NCBI GenBank assembly: GCA_000025185.1
Contig: CP001848.1
Span: forward strand, 2,520,001-2,552,000
Direction of reading: 5' to 3'
Length of the DNA: 32,000 bases
Source of the DNA: Pirellula staleyi DSM 6068
GTDB taxonomy: Bacteria > Planctomycetota > Planctomycetia > Pirellulales > Pirellulaceae
Each line of letters begins with the position of its first letter. The stretch's first letter is position 1. A program made the position numbers and the translations under genes. Below, piece after piece: positions 1 to 9,286 of this stretch. The notes below the pieces were generated by a model. The model was given only the letters and a program-made list of their open reading frames with translations. It had not been told where the DNA came from and ran no database searches.

Positions 1-1539
1 GATCCTACGGAAACCCTCACGATCACCACCGTGACGCAAGGGACCGCTGGCGGTACGGTCGCGATCACGCAAAACGGCACACGGGTGAACTACACTCCTG
101 CGTCGAACTTCAGTGGCACCGACACCTTCACCTACACCATCAGCGATGGCAACGGTGGTACGGCAACGCAAACAGTCACGGTCAATGTCCTCGAGTTCAT
201 CCCGAGCCAGTTGCGTGGCTATGTCTACTTCGATTCGAACAACACTGGTGTTCGCGAAGAAGGTGAATCGCCAATCTCGGGCATTACGATCACCCTGACA
301 GGAACGGCCACTGGTGGCACCGCTGTCAACCGCACCACAACGACCTCGACGACCGGTTTCTATGAGTTCACGAACCTGGCACCAGGCACCTACACCATCA
401 CCCAAACGCAGCCTGCGTTTTTGCTCGATGGTCGTGAGCAGATCGGATCGCAAGGTGGAACGAGCACGGTCAACGACAAAATCGTGATCAACCTGGCTCA
501 GAACACGAATGGTCAGAACAACAACTTCGGCGAACTCGGTCTGCAGGTTCAGCATCGCACGATCAACGACCTGTTTGGTTCGAGCTTCCGCACCAATGCA
601 GTCGCTTCGGTCAGCACGACCGCTGGCAGCAGCTTCTTTGCTCCTCGCGGAACCGCTTGGGCAGGCTATACCAACGGAACGGCTGAACTTGTCAACAACA
701 GCACGCAGCTGCGACTGACGATCACTAATCCAGCTGGTCAGCGGGTGCAAACCACACTGGCAATCACCGACAAGCGGCTGACCCTCCTCGCCTCGCAAAC
801 CGGCGGCAAGCTGTTCCGCATCAATGCGTTGCCCACCTCGCTCGGCTTCACGGTGGTCACCACCAGCACAGCTAACACCAGCGGCGGTGAAGGTGAACCA
901 GCAGAAGGGGAATACACGCCAAATGCATCGGCGATGGCAGTCCCCTCGATGGATGATGCCGAAGGGGAGCCGACTTCGAGCGACGACGATGCTTTGGTGC
1001 AAGCCACTTCGGTGGTCGAGGAAGAAGGGAACCTCGCTGATGACTCGCTCATCTATGCTACGAGCGGGGCCCCCGAGAGCAGCAGCACACTCTCGGCCAT
1101 TGGGGAGTTCAACACGCCTATCGTGTCGGCCCTCGATGTAGGCGAAGGAGAACCCGCCGCGATTGTGAGTGCAGCTTCGCGGAGCATCAGCAGCCAGCCG
1201 AGCAGCACGACTCTCGCAAGTCTCAATCCACTGCTGACAATCGAAGTGGGCTACAGTGCCTCGCTCGAACCATCGGCCGCGCCACTGCGGGGCTCGATCC
1301 TCGAAGATTTGCTCGACAATGACGACGATAGTGCAAGCGGCTCATCGGCCGGTTCACTGCCGGGTGCTTCGGTCGAAGAATCGTCGAAGTTGATCGACGA
1401 GGCATTCTACGAAAGTGAAAAGGACGAGCTCGATTGGTCGCTCGACCTGTGGGAGGAAGAACTCGCTAGTGACGATGATTACGAGGCGGCTCTCGCCATC
1501 GTGTTGCTCGAACTAGCTCAAGAACTCGCGGCGATCTAA
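1..1539 (+). CDS. Surface/adhesin-like protein, 5'-truncated by the window edge: cadherin-like/bacterial Ig-like module, SdrD-B (CnaB)-like module and a long acidic low-complexity C-terminal tail
   Basis: Frame 1 is open from nt 1 ([18 protein letters not shown]...), so the gene starts upstream. [35 protein letters not shown] is typical of cadherin-like/VCBS-type repeats. [29 protein letters not shown]...[21 protein letters not shown] matches the SdrD B-like fold pattern. Stop TAA at 1537-1539 is followed by a strong hairpin. Confidence 0.75.
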   Translation, partial: DPTETLTITTVTQGTAGGTVAITQNGTRVNYTPASNFSGTDTFTYTISDGNGGTATQTVTVNVLEFIPSQLRGYVYFDSNNTGVREEGESPISGITITLTGTATGGTAVNRTTTTSTTGFYEFTNLAPGTYTITQTQPAFLLDGREQIGSQGGTSTVNDKIVINLAQNTNGQNNNFGELGLQVQHRTINDLFGSSFRTNAVASVSTTAGSSFFAPRGTAWAGYTNGTAELVNNSTQLRLTITNPAGQRVQTTLAITDKRLTLLASQTGGKLFRINALPTSLGFTVVTTSTANTSGGEGEPAEGEYTPNASAMAVPSMDDAEGEPTSSDDDALVQATSVVEEEGNLADDSLIYATSGAPESSSTLSAIGEFNTPIVSALDVGEGEPAAIVSAASRSISSQPSSTTLASLNPLLTIEVGYSASLEPSAAPLRGSILEDLLDNDDDSASGSSAGSLPGASVEESSKLIDEAFYESEKDELDWSLDLWEEELASDDDYEAALAIVLLELAQELAAI

Positions 1540-1575
1540 GTCGCTCCGCACGGTTAGTCGCCCCTAAAAAATACG

Positions 1576-1625
1576 AAAGCGGCCGCTGGCAAGTTATTGA
1601 TTTGCCAGCGGCCGCTTTTTGTTTC
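1576..1625. terminator. Bidirectional intrinsic terminator between convergent genes
   Basis: Perfect 17-bp stem AAAGCGGCCGCTGGCAA (1576-1592) / TTGCCAGCGGCCGCTTT (1602-1618) with a 9-nt loop. It is flanked by an A-run upstream and a T-run downstream. It lies between the stop at 1539 (+) and the stop at 1664 (-). Confidence 0.75.
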
Positions 1626-1663
1626 AGCCGATTTTTATAAGCGGTGCCTTTGGGCAACTCGCA

Positions 1664-3142
1664 TTAGAAATCGTAGGTCACTCCGAGATTCAAACCTTGC
1701 AGCCAGAAGGCCGAGGTTTCGAATTCGAATTCAGGACGAGTGTCGTTGGCAGTGTCGAGGAACGGATCAATTTGATCGTCGGCTCGCACAACGCTCGAGA
1801 AGAACATGAAGTTGTAGGCGATCGACAGTTGCGTGTTCTTGCAGATGTTATAGCCCAGCGACAGGTTGACTTCAGGAACGGCACAGAAGTCGGTTTGCGA
1901 GTACGATCCGCTGTTGCTCCCTTGAGCAAACAGGCCGGTATCGGTTCGCTGCTGATTGCCAGCGACATCGGTGAAGACCGACGATCCATTGATGCCAACG
2001 ATTTGGTGCATGCTTCCGAGGGCGACTTTGCCCGAGATTCCGAGGGTCCAGCATCCCGAAGTGCATTCCCATGCGGCACCGAGCACACCACCATGGAACT
2101 GGTTGCGAGCGGTGAAGCGGTCGGAGACCAGGGTGCTGCTGCCGACCGCGTTGACATCGGCGATATCGGCGTTCACCACGAGGGCATCGATCTGCAGTTC
2201 GTCGTTCAGTCGAGCGAATTGATAGCCGGCAATCAGATCGAGTCGGCTGCAGCTCGAACGACTCCAGAGGAACTTGCCGTAGAGATCGGCGCCAAACACT
2301 TCGCTGCTGGTTTTGATATCGATGTTGCCGGTCCGTAGTCCGGGGTAAGCGACGAGCAAGGTGTCGTTGGTGGCGAGGTCGACGTTGAAGAACGGAATGG
2401 CGAGGACTGGTTGGCGGCTGGAGTCGATGTCGTAGCTACCGCTATCGCGACCGAGCATCCAAAAGCGTCCACCGATGCCAACCGATTGGCAATCGTCGAG
2501 CCATGTTCCGAGTTCGAACATCGCCCCGGCCTGCATCTGCGTGGTCTCGGAGTTGGGCCCGTACAGAACTTCGGCGTTGGGAAGCACACCGGCGGTTCCC
2601 GACGCTTCGTTCGAAGGATCGCTGGTGACGAGAGGAATGACGTCGCGACCTTTACGCCACCACAGCAGCGCGTCGATCTTGGCCCACCAGAGTGGTGCAC
2701 AGTAGCTGTGACAGCGCTCGTAGGGGCGTTGTCCACAACCGCCGCAGCTGTTGCAGCCCATGCCACACGAGTCGCCACAGCAACCGTCGCTGCAGCCCAT
2801 TGCGTTGCCATCCCATGATCCATTGCCGCTGACCCAGGTTTCCATGGGGGCGGAGTCTTGATAGTGCAGCTGGCGCTGGGGTGCTGCGGGCGTTTTGGTT
2901 GATCGTGGAGCAGGAGCCGCGCTCGGGGCGGACTCTGTTTCCATCGGCATCGAACCTTCAGGTTGCCGGAGGACCGAAGTGTCGTACGAAGCTTGTCGCA
3001 CGCCACCTTGCCAGGCTTGAAAACGTGAAGCGAAATCGGGGTTCTGGCCCGAGACGGAGCTCGCCAGTGTGCTCAGCAGCAGCGCGGCGCAGATCGCCAG
3101 CGAGCCATTGTGCGAAGAGAAAAAACGAGACGTTTGCGTCAT
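1664..3142 (-). CDS. Putative outer-membrane beta-barrel protein (planctomycetal BBP7/DUF1551-like) with an N-terminal Cys/Gly-rich segment
   Basis: Signal-peptide-like N-terminus from the ATG at 3142 (MTQTSRFFSSHNGSLAICAALLLSTLASSVSGQ). The C-terminal half has alternating beta-strand-like sequence ending in the aromatic terminus GVTYDF typical of OMP barrels. Cys/Gly cluster GCSDGCCGDSCGMGCNSCGGCGQ. The family name is assigned from memory, not from a search. Confidence 0.6.
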   Translation of the reverse strand: MTQTSRFFSSHNGSLAICAALLLSTLASSVSGQNPDFASRFQAWQGGVRQASYDTSVLRQPEGSMPMETESAPSAAPAPRSTKTPAAPQRQLHYQDSAPMETWVSGNGSWDGNAMGCSDGCCGDSCGMGCNSCGGCGQRPYERCHSYCAPLWWAKIDALLWWRKGRDVIPLVTSDPSNEASGTAGVLPNAEVLYGPNSETTQMQAGAMFELGTWLDDCQSVGIGGRFWMLGRDSGSYDIDSSRQPVLAIPFFNVDLATNDTLLVAYPGLRTGNIDIKTSSEVFGADLYGKFLWSRSSCSRLDLIAGYQFARLNDELQIDALVVNADIADVNAVGSSTLVSDRFTARNQFHGGVLGAAWECTSGCWTLGISGKVALGSMHQIVGINGSSVFTDVAGNQQRTDTGLFAQGSNSGSYSQTDFCAVPEVNLSLGYNICKNTQLSIAYNFMFFSSVVRADDQIDPFLDTANDTRPEFEFETSAFWLQGLNLGVTYDF

Positions 3143-3320
3143 GTCGCGGCAAAGCTCCATCCTTGGAGTTTGCAGCCTACCGAGGGGGATCGGGGGCTGC
3201 GCAAAGCTATTCCAACCGTAACGATATTTTCGGTGATACCGATTGTTCCGGTTGAGAAAACTCGGCAGTCTGGACTGACTTTTCGGCCAATATTGCCGAT
3301 TTTTGAGGGCCGACTGCCAG

Positions 3321-4304
3321 CTACGACACGACAGCGGCGGCGTTGCTAGCGGTGAGCTGTGTCCCCGTTTTGGCTCCTGAGCGGCGCAGAACTGCTAGTG
3401 CTGTCAGCTGCTTGGTAGCAGGGGAATAGGCGATCGAAGCGATCGAGCCGACTTGCTTTTCGGTGCCAGTTTCGTCGCGCATCACGAGAGGTGTTCCGGT
3501 GGGGGGCGCGATCTCTCCGGGAAGGCTCAATTTCGTCAGGACGCGGTTCACATGCCCCAAGGCATCGATTCGAGCCACGGTCTCTTGCCCGAGGTAGCAA
3601 CCCTTTTTGAAGCTGATCGCCAGCGTGTCGCGATTCATTTCCTGTGGGAGCGTGCTCTCGTCGATCTCGAGTCCGTAGGCCGGTGTCTTTCCTTCGATAC
3701 GGAGCGCCTCGATCAGTTCCCCGCTCGCCAAGGTTACTCCTGCCGTTGTCAACAAATCGAGGAGTATTTGCTTGCTGGCAGTGGGGGCGAGCAGCAGGTA
3801 GGCGGTTTCGGGAATCAGGTCGGTCTTCACAATCTCGAGGCTCATCTCGCTGCTGCTGGCACGCACCGATTCCAAGCGTTCCGTCGGCGCAACGACTTTG
3901 AACAGCTGCTCGATCGTTGCGGGAGCAGTGGGGCCCGCTAGCAGCAGCTCGCACGTGCTCTGCGTTTCGTCGGCGAACTCCACATCTTCGGTAATGGCAA
4001 AGCGGCGGAGGTGCTCGCTCAGCTTCTCGAACTGGCCGGCCGTGGTGTCGATGATCAGGGACTGCTCGCGCGAGTAGAGATAGCCGTGACCGACCGCTTT
4101 CCCTTGGTGGTTGGTGAAGAAGGCCTCGCAGCCAGCTAGCGGCGATAGCTTTTTGATATCGGCGGTGCAAAAGCCGTGCAGAAAGCCGACTCGATCACTT
4201 CCGGTCACACGAATTCGTGTGCGCGACGAAAGATCGGCGACTACTCCGTGTTGCAGCAGGGCGGTGTACTGTTTGTCGATATCGGCGCGGTTGATTGGGC
4301 TCAT
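3321..4304 (-). CDS. ygfZ: Folate-binding YgfZ / GcvT-family (aminomethyltransferase-like) protein
   Basis: 326-aa protein with a GcvT-like N-terminus (RIRVTGSDRVGFLHGFCTADIKKL) and the YgfZ signature KGCYLGQETVARIDALGHVNR (KGC[YF]xGQE). ATG start at 4304. Confidence 0.8.
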   Translation of the reverse strand: MSPINRADIDKQYTALLQHGVVADLSSRTRIRVTGSDRVGFLHGFCTADIKKLSPLAGCEAFFTNHQGKAVGHGYLYSREQSLIIDTTAGQFEKLSEHLRRFAITEDVEFADETQSTCELLLAGPTAPATIEQLFKVVAPTERLESVRASSSEMSLEIVKTDLIPETAYLLLAPTASKQILLDLLTTAGVTLASGELIEALRIEGKTPAYGLEIDESTLPQEMNRDTLAISFKKGCYLGQETVARIDALGHVNRVLTKLSLPGEIAPPTGTPLVMRDETGTEKQVGSIASIAYSPATKQLTALAVLRRSGAKTGTQLTASNAAAVVS

Positions 4305-4498
4305 GCTGGCATCTTAAGCCGCTCGTGGGCGAGGTCTAGAGGGCGGTGACGAGTGAACTTGGTGGCACTTCTCCCTTTCCCTATTTTTCCGCACTTGGCA
4401 CAATACTCGCGCCGCTGTCACTTTTTCCGCTACCACCGCGCGGGCTGTCGGCCCAGCGCAGCAGATGGCTGCTTAGTTCGATCAGGGATGTTGTACGA

Positions 4499-6934
4499 AT
4501 GAATCGCTTTTTGTACTGGCCATGCGCACTTGCGCTACTGTTGCTGACGATCACGCTCTTCTCGTGCGCGCCGAATGTCGACGAGCCAGCGCAGCCTGCG
4601 ACAACGGGCGAGTCTGAAACCTCTGCCGGGGAAACGACAAACGGAAGCCCCGCCGAATCCCCCACCTCGGCTGCAGGAATCCTGAAGCAAATGATGGCGG
4701 TCTATCGCGCTGCCCAGGGCTATAGCGACGATGCCATCGTACGGCTGCGCTATAAACAGCAGGGGGAGGAGTATCGCGACGAGTGGAAATCGAGCGTCAA
4801 GTTCGCACGCCCCAACAAGCTGGCGATCGAAGCGTTTCAAGCCTCGATTCGGTGCGATGGTAAAGAGTGGCGGGCCATCATCACCGATGAAGCTTCGAAC
4901 AACGTCGACAATCAGGTCCTCGTCCGGCCTGCACCAGCCACGCTGACATCGAAAGATCTCGCTGCCGATCCCCTCCTTTACGAAATCATCACCAGTCAGC
5001 TGCAGCGTCAGCCGATTCAGGTCGAACTGCTACTCGAATCGGCGGGACTCGCCGCTGCGCTCGATGGTGGGGTGTCGTGCCGGTTGCTCGAGAGCGACAA
5101 GATTGGTGGTCGCGATTGCCATCGCATTGAAGTGCCAACTCCTGGTGGTCCCTTTGTGTTTTGGGTCGACCAGCAAGACTATCTGCTCCGCAAGCTGGTC
5201 TATCCTGTGGAATCGCTGCTGCCGGGGCTCGTGCTCGATGGGACCGTTAGCGAAGTGGAACTCTCGGCAGAACTGATCGGCGCGAAATTCGAAAAGCCAA
5301 GCGACTCGCTCTTCACCCTGGCGATGCCAGCCGGCGCGAAGCCAATGAAGTCGTTCGTCATTCCGCCCCGGCCACTTCCCACACCGTTGTTTGGTCGTGT
5401 AGTAGAAGATTTCTACTTCACAAGCGCCGCAGAGAAGCGAATCGCGCGCGATGACCTTGCCGAAAAGATTGTTGTTCTCGGCTGGTTCCACGACAATCCT
5501 GCCTGCGAAGCGACGATGCAAGAACTCTCGCGTGCGAAAAGCAAGCTGGCCGAGAATACCAAGGTCGAGTTCTTGGCAGTGGCAACCGATCCCGCAACCA
5601 CTCCGACGAGCGTCCTCTCGTCGCGCCTCGAGCAATGGCGCGTCGACCTGCCACTGGTGCGTGATACGGAAGCTTTCGGCAAAACTGTGTTTGGCATTCT
5701 GCTCCAGCCGACAATCGTGGTGCTCGACGGTAACCATCGCATTCAAATCTTTCAAACGGGTGGCAATCCGCAGCTTGCTGATCAACTCGTCGAAATCGTT
5801 GGGCGGCTCGGTGGTGGCGAAGATATTGCCGCGGGCATTGTCGAGCAGGATCGTGCCCAGCGCGAGCAGTACGAAAAGCTTGTAGCTGCTGGTGGACCGG
5901 AAGCGGGGCAGGTGATCGAACTTCCCGAGGCGGTGATTCGTCCCGCTAGTTCCCCCTCGAAAATGAAGCTCACCAAGGTTTTTGAAACCTCGGAAATCGC
6001 GCGGCCGGGCAATCTTTATGTCATCGAAGAGGAAGGTCGTCCGGCGAAGCTGCTGGCGATTGAAGGTTGGCGAACTGTGGTCGAACTCGACCTCGCTGGA
6101 AAGGTGCTCGGGCGTCACGAACTGACGATTCCAGCCGAAGCAGCAGCGACAATGCTCCGAACTTTTCGCGATTCAGCGGGCAAATGGTGGTACCTGGCAG
6201 GCTCGCCACTGGGGCCCGAATGCTATCTGTTCGACGACAACTGGCAGCTGGTGCTCACTTGGCCTTCAGCCGAACGTCCGGCGCAGCTGTGCGATTTACT
6301 ACTGGCCGATCTTGATGGCAAAGAGGCCCCTGAGATCGTCGCCGCACATGTCGGTTTAGCGGGTCTCGAGGCGGTCACCTCCACCGGCGAAACCAAATGG
6401 CGCTGCAAAGAATTTCCGAACGTCCTGTCGGTTTGCATGACGCCGGAAGATGAGTTCGGGGCTCAGCGATTGCTGGTTACCGGCGAAAGTGGCAGCGTGC
6501 TGAGTGTCAACAAGTATGGCAACTTCGAACCGAGTGTGCCGGTTGGTAGCTGGACCCTCGTGCGTCTTTTGTCGGCCAAGTTTCCCGCCGCGCGGCAAGC
6601 CACCTTCTGCGGACTGGCGAGCGATCGCGAAGGAAGACCAGTCGCTGTCGGCATCAATGGCAAACTCGAAGAGCAGTGGAACTATCCGCTTCCTCCAGGT
6701 GCGCATCAGCGTCCTATCGAAGCGATCACCTCCGGCAAGCTGCTTGGTAGCAAACAAGGGGAGTGGCTCTTCGCCTCTCCTGATGGCTCGGTCCATCTAG
6801 TGAGTGAAGATGGCGAAGTCACCGACCAGTTTGCCACCGGCGGCGTCATCACCGGCATCGCTGCCACCATCGGCCCCGATCGTCTGCTGTTCATCGCTGG
6901 CGAGAAAACCCTCACCGGCTGGAAGGTGGAATGA
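4499..6934 (+). CDS. Large lipoprotein: LolA/DUF2092-like N-terminal region, TlpA-like thioredoxin-fold domain with a degenerate active site, and a C-terminal beta-propeller-like region
   Basis: The ATG at 4499 gives MNRFLYWPCALALLLLTITLFSC with a lipobox-like LFSC. The longer 4346 start adds a non-signal leader. The thioredoxin-like stretch IVVLGWFHDNPACEATMQELSRAKSKLAENTKVEFLAVATD aligns to the TlpA/ResA WCxPC region. The C-terminal approximately 330 aa has repetitive G/W-containing strands. All domain calls are by eye. Confidence 0.6.
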   Translation: MNRFLYWPCALALLLLTITLFSCAPNVDEPAQPATTGESETSAGETTNGSPAESPTSAAGILKQMMAVYRAAQGYSDDAIVRLRYKQQGEEYRDEWKSSVKFARPNKLAIEAFQASIRCDGKEWRAIITDEASNNVDNQVLVRPAPATLTSKDLAADPLLYEIITSQLQRQPIQVELLLESAGLAAALDGGVSCRLLESDKIGGRDCHRIEVPTPGGPFVFWVDQQDYLLRKLVYPVESLLPGLVLDGTVSEVELSAELIGAKFEKPSDSLFTLAMPAGAKPMKSFVIPPRPLPTPLFGRVVEDFYFTSAAEKRIARDDLAEKIVVLGWFHDNPACEATMQELSRAKSKLAENTKVEFLAVATDPATTPTSVLSSRLEQWRVDLPLVRDTEAFGKTVFGILLQPTIVVLDGNHRIQIFQTGGNPQLADQLVEIVGRLGGGEDIAAGIVEQDRAQREQYEKLVAAGGPEAGQVIELPEAVIRPASSPSKMKLTKVFETSEIARPGNLYVIEEEGRPAKLLAIEGWRTVVELDLAGKVLGRHELTIPAEAAATMLRTFRDSAGKWWYLAGSPLGPECYLFDDNWQLVLTWPSAERPAQLCDLLLADLDGKEAPEIVAAHVGLAGLEAVTSTGETKWRCKEFPNVLSVCMTPEDEFGAQRLLVTGESGSVLSVNKYGNFEPSVPVGSWTLVRLLSAKFPAARQATFCGLASDREGRPVAVGINGKLEEQWNYPLPPGAHQRPIEAITSGKLLGSKQGEWLFASPDGSVHLVSEDGEVTDQFATGGVITGIAATIGPDRLLFIAGEKTLTGWKVE

Positions 6935-7175
6935 GCAGGGGAGGGGGCTAGGAGCGTGAGGCAAGCGAATGATGATGCAGAGTAGTTACGTACTTCGAGA
7001 CCTAGCCGGAGTTGAGATGGCTGCTCTTTCCGAGTGGCTGACTTGCTTGCGAATCTGCTTCGACGAATAGCTCTCGGCGAAGTTGTGGTCCTCTGCTAAG
7101 AAGCGATGCTGGGTGCCGAATACCCTGGTAGAGGGAAATCGCCTCCCCCATCTCGTTTTCTTAGGCAGGGCAGCG

Positions 7176-7712
7176 ATGAAAACCATCCGAAGCATGCTTC
7201 ACAGTCGACCGAGTCGATCCCCCTTCGCGCTCGGCATACGAACCATTCTCGCGCTCGTGGCGTTTTGGGTTGTCGCCTTAGGGTGTGGCACCTTCGTAAC
7301 ACTCGTGGTCGCTGCTTCCACGATGGCAACCTATTTTGCCCTCGCAGCAGTTTCGAGGAGTCTTTCAAAAACTCGAGCGACCGAGGCAGAGAGTTCGTTT
7401 TCGTCGACGCTGCGACCGATCCCAACGCTGCAACTTATGGCAGTTTGCTTCCTCGCGATGCTTATGGTGTGGCACGTCACGCTGTACCTGATTTTTGAAC
7501 TCACGTACTTAGCGACGTTCTGGCATACACCGGTACTGGGAGTCATCAACATCGCACGCATCGAGCATGCCGTGCTCGCCGCTTTCTCCCTGACGTTAAT
7601 CACCTCCTATGTTTGCCGTGCTCATGTCGGCGAGCGATTCTCGCGGCGAGATTGCTTCGATACTGCGGCACTCCTGAATCTGCTGTTTGCCAGCCATTTC
7701 ACCATCCCTTAG
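7176..7712 (+). CDS. Hypothetical multi-pass membrane protein
   Basis: The ATG at 7176 (MKTIRSMLHSRPSR...) is followed by about four hydrophobic helices (ILALVAFWVVALGCGTFVTLVVAAS, LMAVCFLAMLMVWHVTLYLIF, AVLAAFSLTLITSYV). No recognisable family. Slightly lower GC than the neighbouring genes. Confidence 0.45.
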   Translation: MKTIRSMLHSRPSRSPFALGIRTILALVAFWVVALGCGTFVTLVVAASTMATYFALAAVSRSLSKTRATEAESSFSSTLRPIPTLQLMAVCFLAMLMVWHVTLYLIFELTYLATFWHTPVLGVINIARIEHAVLAAFSLTLITSYVCRAHVGERFSRRDCFDTAALLNLLFASHFTIP

Positions 7713-7723
7713 TAGGGCCTCCG

Positions 7724-7751
7724 AAGGTTAGGTGCTTGTGACAGCACCTAA
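7724..7751. terminator. Hairpin between convergent genes (possible bidirectional terminator)
   Basis: Perfect 11-bp stem GGTTAGGTGCT (7724-7734) / AGCACCTAACC (7741-7751) with a 6-nt loop. It lies between the stops at 7712 (+) and 7774 (-). There is no clear U-tract. Confidence 0.5.
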
Positions 7752-7773
7752 CCCCAGAGCATTGATGACCTGA

Positions 7774-9063
7774 CTATTTCCACTGCTGGTCGGCGAAATC
7801 GAGGTACGCTGTCCAGTCGGTGGTGCTCATGCTGTGTTTGCCGGGGCGATAGAAAAAGCCGAGACGCCCACCCACCAGTTGGTTCATCACCGGTTCTTTT
7901 GCTTCTGCCAGTCCGCTCGTTCCGAGCAGCTTAAAGACCGGTTCGGCTGCTTGCAGCACTTCGAACTGACCCATTGGGTTGGCCCAGGTATCTTCTTCGG
8001 CATTTGCAAACAGCACCGCGCGCGGGGCACAAATGGCGACGAGCGCGTGCTGGTCGAACGGCAGCAGATCGGGGTGTTCGTTGAACAGCAGGAAGTTATC
8101 GCAGAACCAGTGGGGGAAGTTTTTGTTGATCTGCTTCACTTGTTCTCCCACCTTGCCGCGCGAGGGAGCTGTTCCACCACAACCGGCTTGCGAAGGAATG
8201 GCGATGGAGAAGCGATCGTCCATCGCAGCAGCCAAAAGGGCCGTTTTGCCATTCCGCGAGTGACCGACCGAAGCGATTTTGCTGGCGTCGATCGTATCCT
8301 TGAACTCAGTCGTCACGAGATCGGCGACACGATGAAAACCCCAGGCCCACAGGGCGATGGTTCCGGCGTCGTCCCCTTCCGCAGCGGTTTGACCTGGCTT
8401 GTAAAACGCAGGACCGATCCCATCGGCGAGGTCCGGGGTGTCGGGGTCGATGTCGCCACTGTAGAAGGTTGCAAGAGCATAGCCGCGGCTGACGATCAAC
8501 TCCGCATTCCACACCTCGGTTTGAGCACCACGACCAGCATCGGTGGCGCGCTCGTTCTCGACACCGACGCATCCCTTACCAACCCAGCCTTCCGGCAAAG
8601 CGATTTTGGTGTCGGGCAAAACCGTGTGATTGCCGCAGAAATTCATCCCGATAAAGACCCCCGGCTTCTCGACGCCGTTGGGAGTGACGAGCAGAACATG
8701 TTGACGTTTCGAGAGTGCAGGTTCGACAAACGAGATCCGAATTTCACGCACGGTTGCCTTGCCGCCGAGCGCTTTCTCGTCGGTGAAGAGCGTTTCGTAC
8801 TTCACCTGCGCTGGCTTGGGGGGCAAGCGGCCATACATCCAGTGCTGAAACTGCGCTTTCAAGGTGTCCCGTTTTTTACTCCACGCTTCGGCAGTGGTGA
8901 TCGGTTTACCAGCCTCGTCGATCAGCAGCGCGGGAAGCTCGGCGCTCGGCTGAAGTTGATCGAACGTCGGAAATTCTTCGGCCGATGCGAGTGACAGATT
9001 CATGGCAAATAGCAGGGCGAGGGCCTGAGTGATTGCTAGTGCGCGGCAGGGATAGCGGAGCAT
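7774..9063 (-). CDS. Secreted alpha/beta hydrolase, CE15 glucuronoyl-esterase-like
   Basis: GHSRNGKTALLAAAMDDRF matches the bacterial CE15 nucleophile motif G-x-S-R-x-GK. The ATG at 9063 gives the signal peptide MLRYPCRALAITQALALLFAMNLSLASA. An in-frame TTG at 9102 is an alternative start. Confidence 0.7.
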   Translation of the reverse strand: MLRYPCRALAITQALALLFAMNLSLASAEEFPTFDQLQPSAELPALLIDEAGKPITTAEAWSKKRDTLKAQFQHWMYGRLPPKPAQVKYETLFTDEKALGGKATVREIRISFVEPALSKRQHVLLVTPNGVEKPGVFIGMNFCGNHTVLPDTKIALPEGWVGKGCVGVENERATDAGRGAQTEVWNAELIVSRGYALATFYSGDIDPDTPDLADGIGPAFYKPGQTAAEGDDAGTIALWAWGFHRVADLVTTEFKDTIDASKIASVGHSRNGKTALLAAAMDDRFSIAIPSQAGCGGTAPSRGKVGEQVKQINKNFPHWFCDNFLLFNEHPDLLPFDQHALVAICAPRAVLFANAEEDTWANPMGQFEVLQAAEPVFKLLGTSGLAEAKEPVMNQLVGGRLGFFYRPGKHSMSTTDWTAYLDFADQQWK

Positions 9064-9286
9064 GAGGCAAGACCTCGAGTGGCGCGGTGGTGAGAGGGGC
9101 AAGTCGACACGTGTGACATAATGGCGCGCCGCGAGTGCGCCGTCAAATCGTTGCTCGTCACGAGCGCTTGCCGCAAAGCGCGCAAGGCCAAATTTACTGC
9201 GCTCCCGCCGTGCTGCTGTCGCGGGTTACAATGATGTTCCTGCCCTGAGCCTCTCTCTGCTTTCCTCCCACCAGCGAGCTTTTCAG

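Noticed and set aside
4396-4410. Sigma-54-like element TGGCAC-N5-TCGC upstream of the lipoprotein gene
   Set aside because: The -12 box is TCGC rather than TTGC. No enhancer-binding protein gene or UAS is evident. A single partial match has low specificity in 32 kb of GC-rich DNA.
4346-4498. N-terminal extensions implied by the longest-ORF starts (for example 4346, 7083, 13465, 14069, 18028, 21630, 25329 and 29078)
   Set aside because: In each case an internal start yields a proper signal peptide, lipobox, prepilin leader or family-typical N-terminus. The upstream extension overlaps a neighbouring gene or has non-coding character.
5030-6118. Long antisense shadow ORFs across the window (5030-6118 -, 7834-8994 +, 18049-19359 -, 19591-20535 -, 20800-21546 +, 21704-22648 +, 24443-25432 -, 27213-27827 +, 31043-31966 +)
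   Set aside because: Each lies fully inside, and antisense to, a gene with clear family motifs or better coding features. The translations are Arg/Gly/His-rich with no recognisable motifs, as is typical of high-GC shadow frames.
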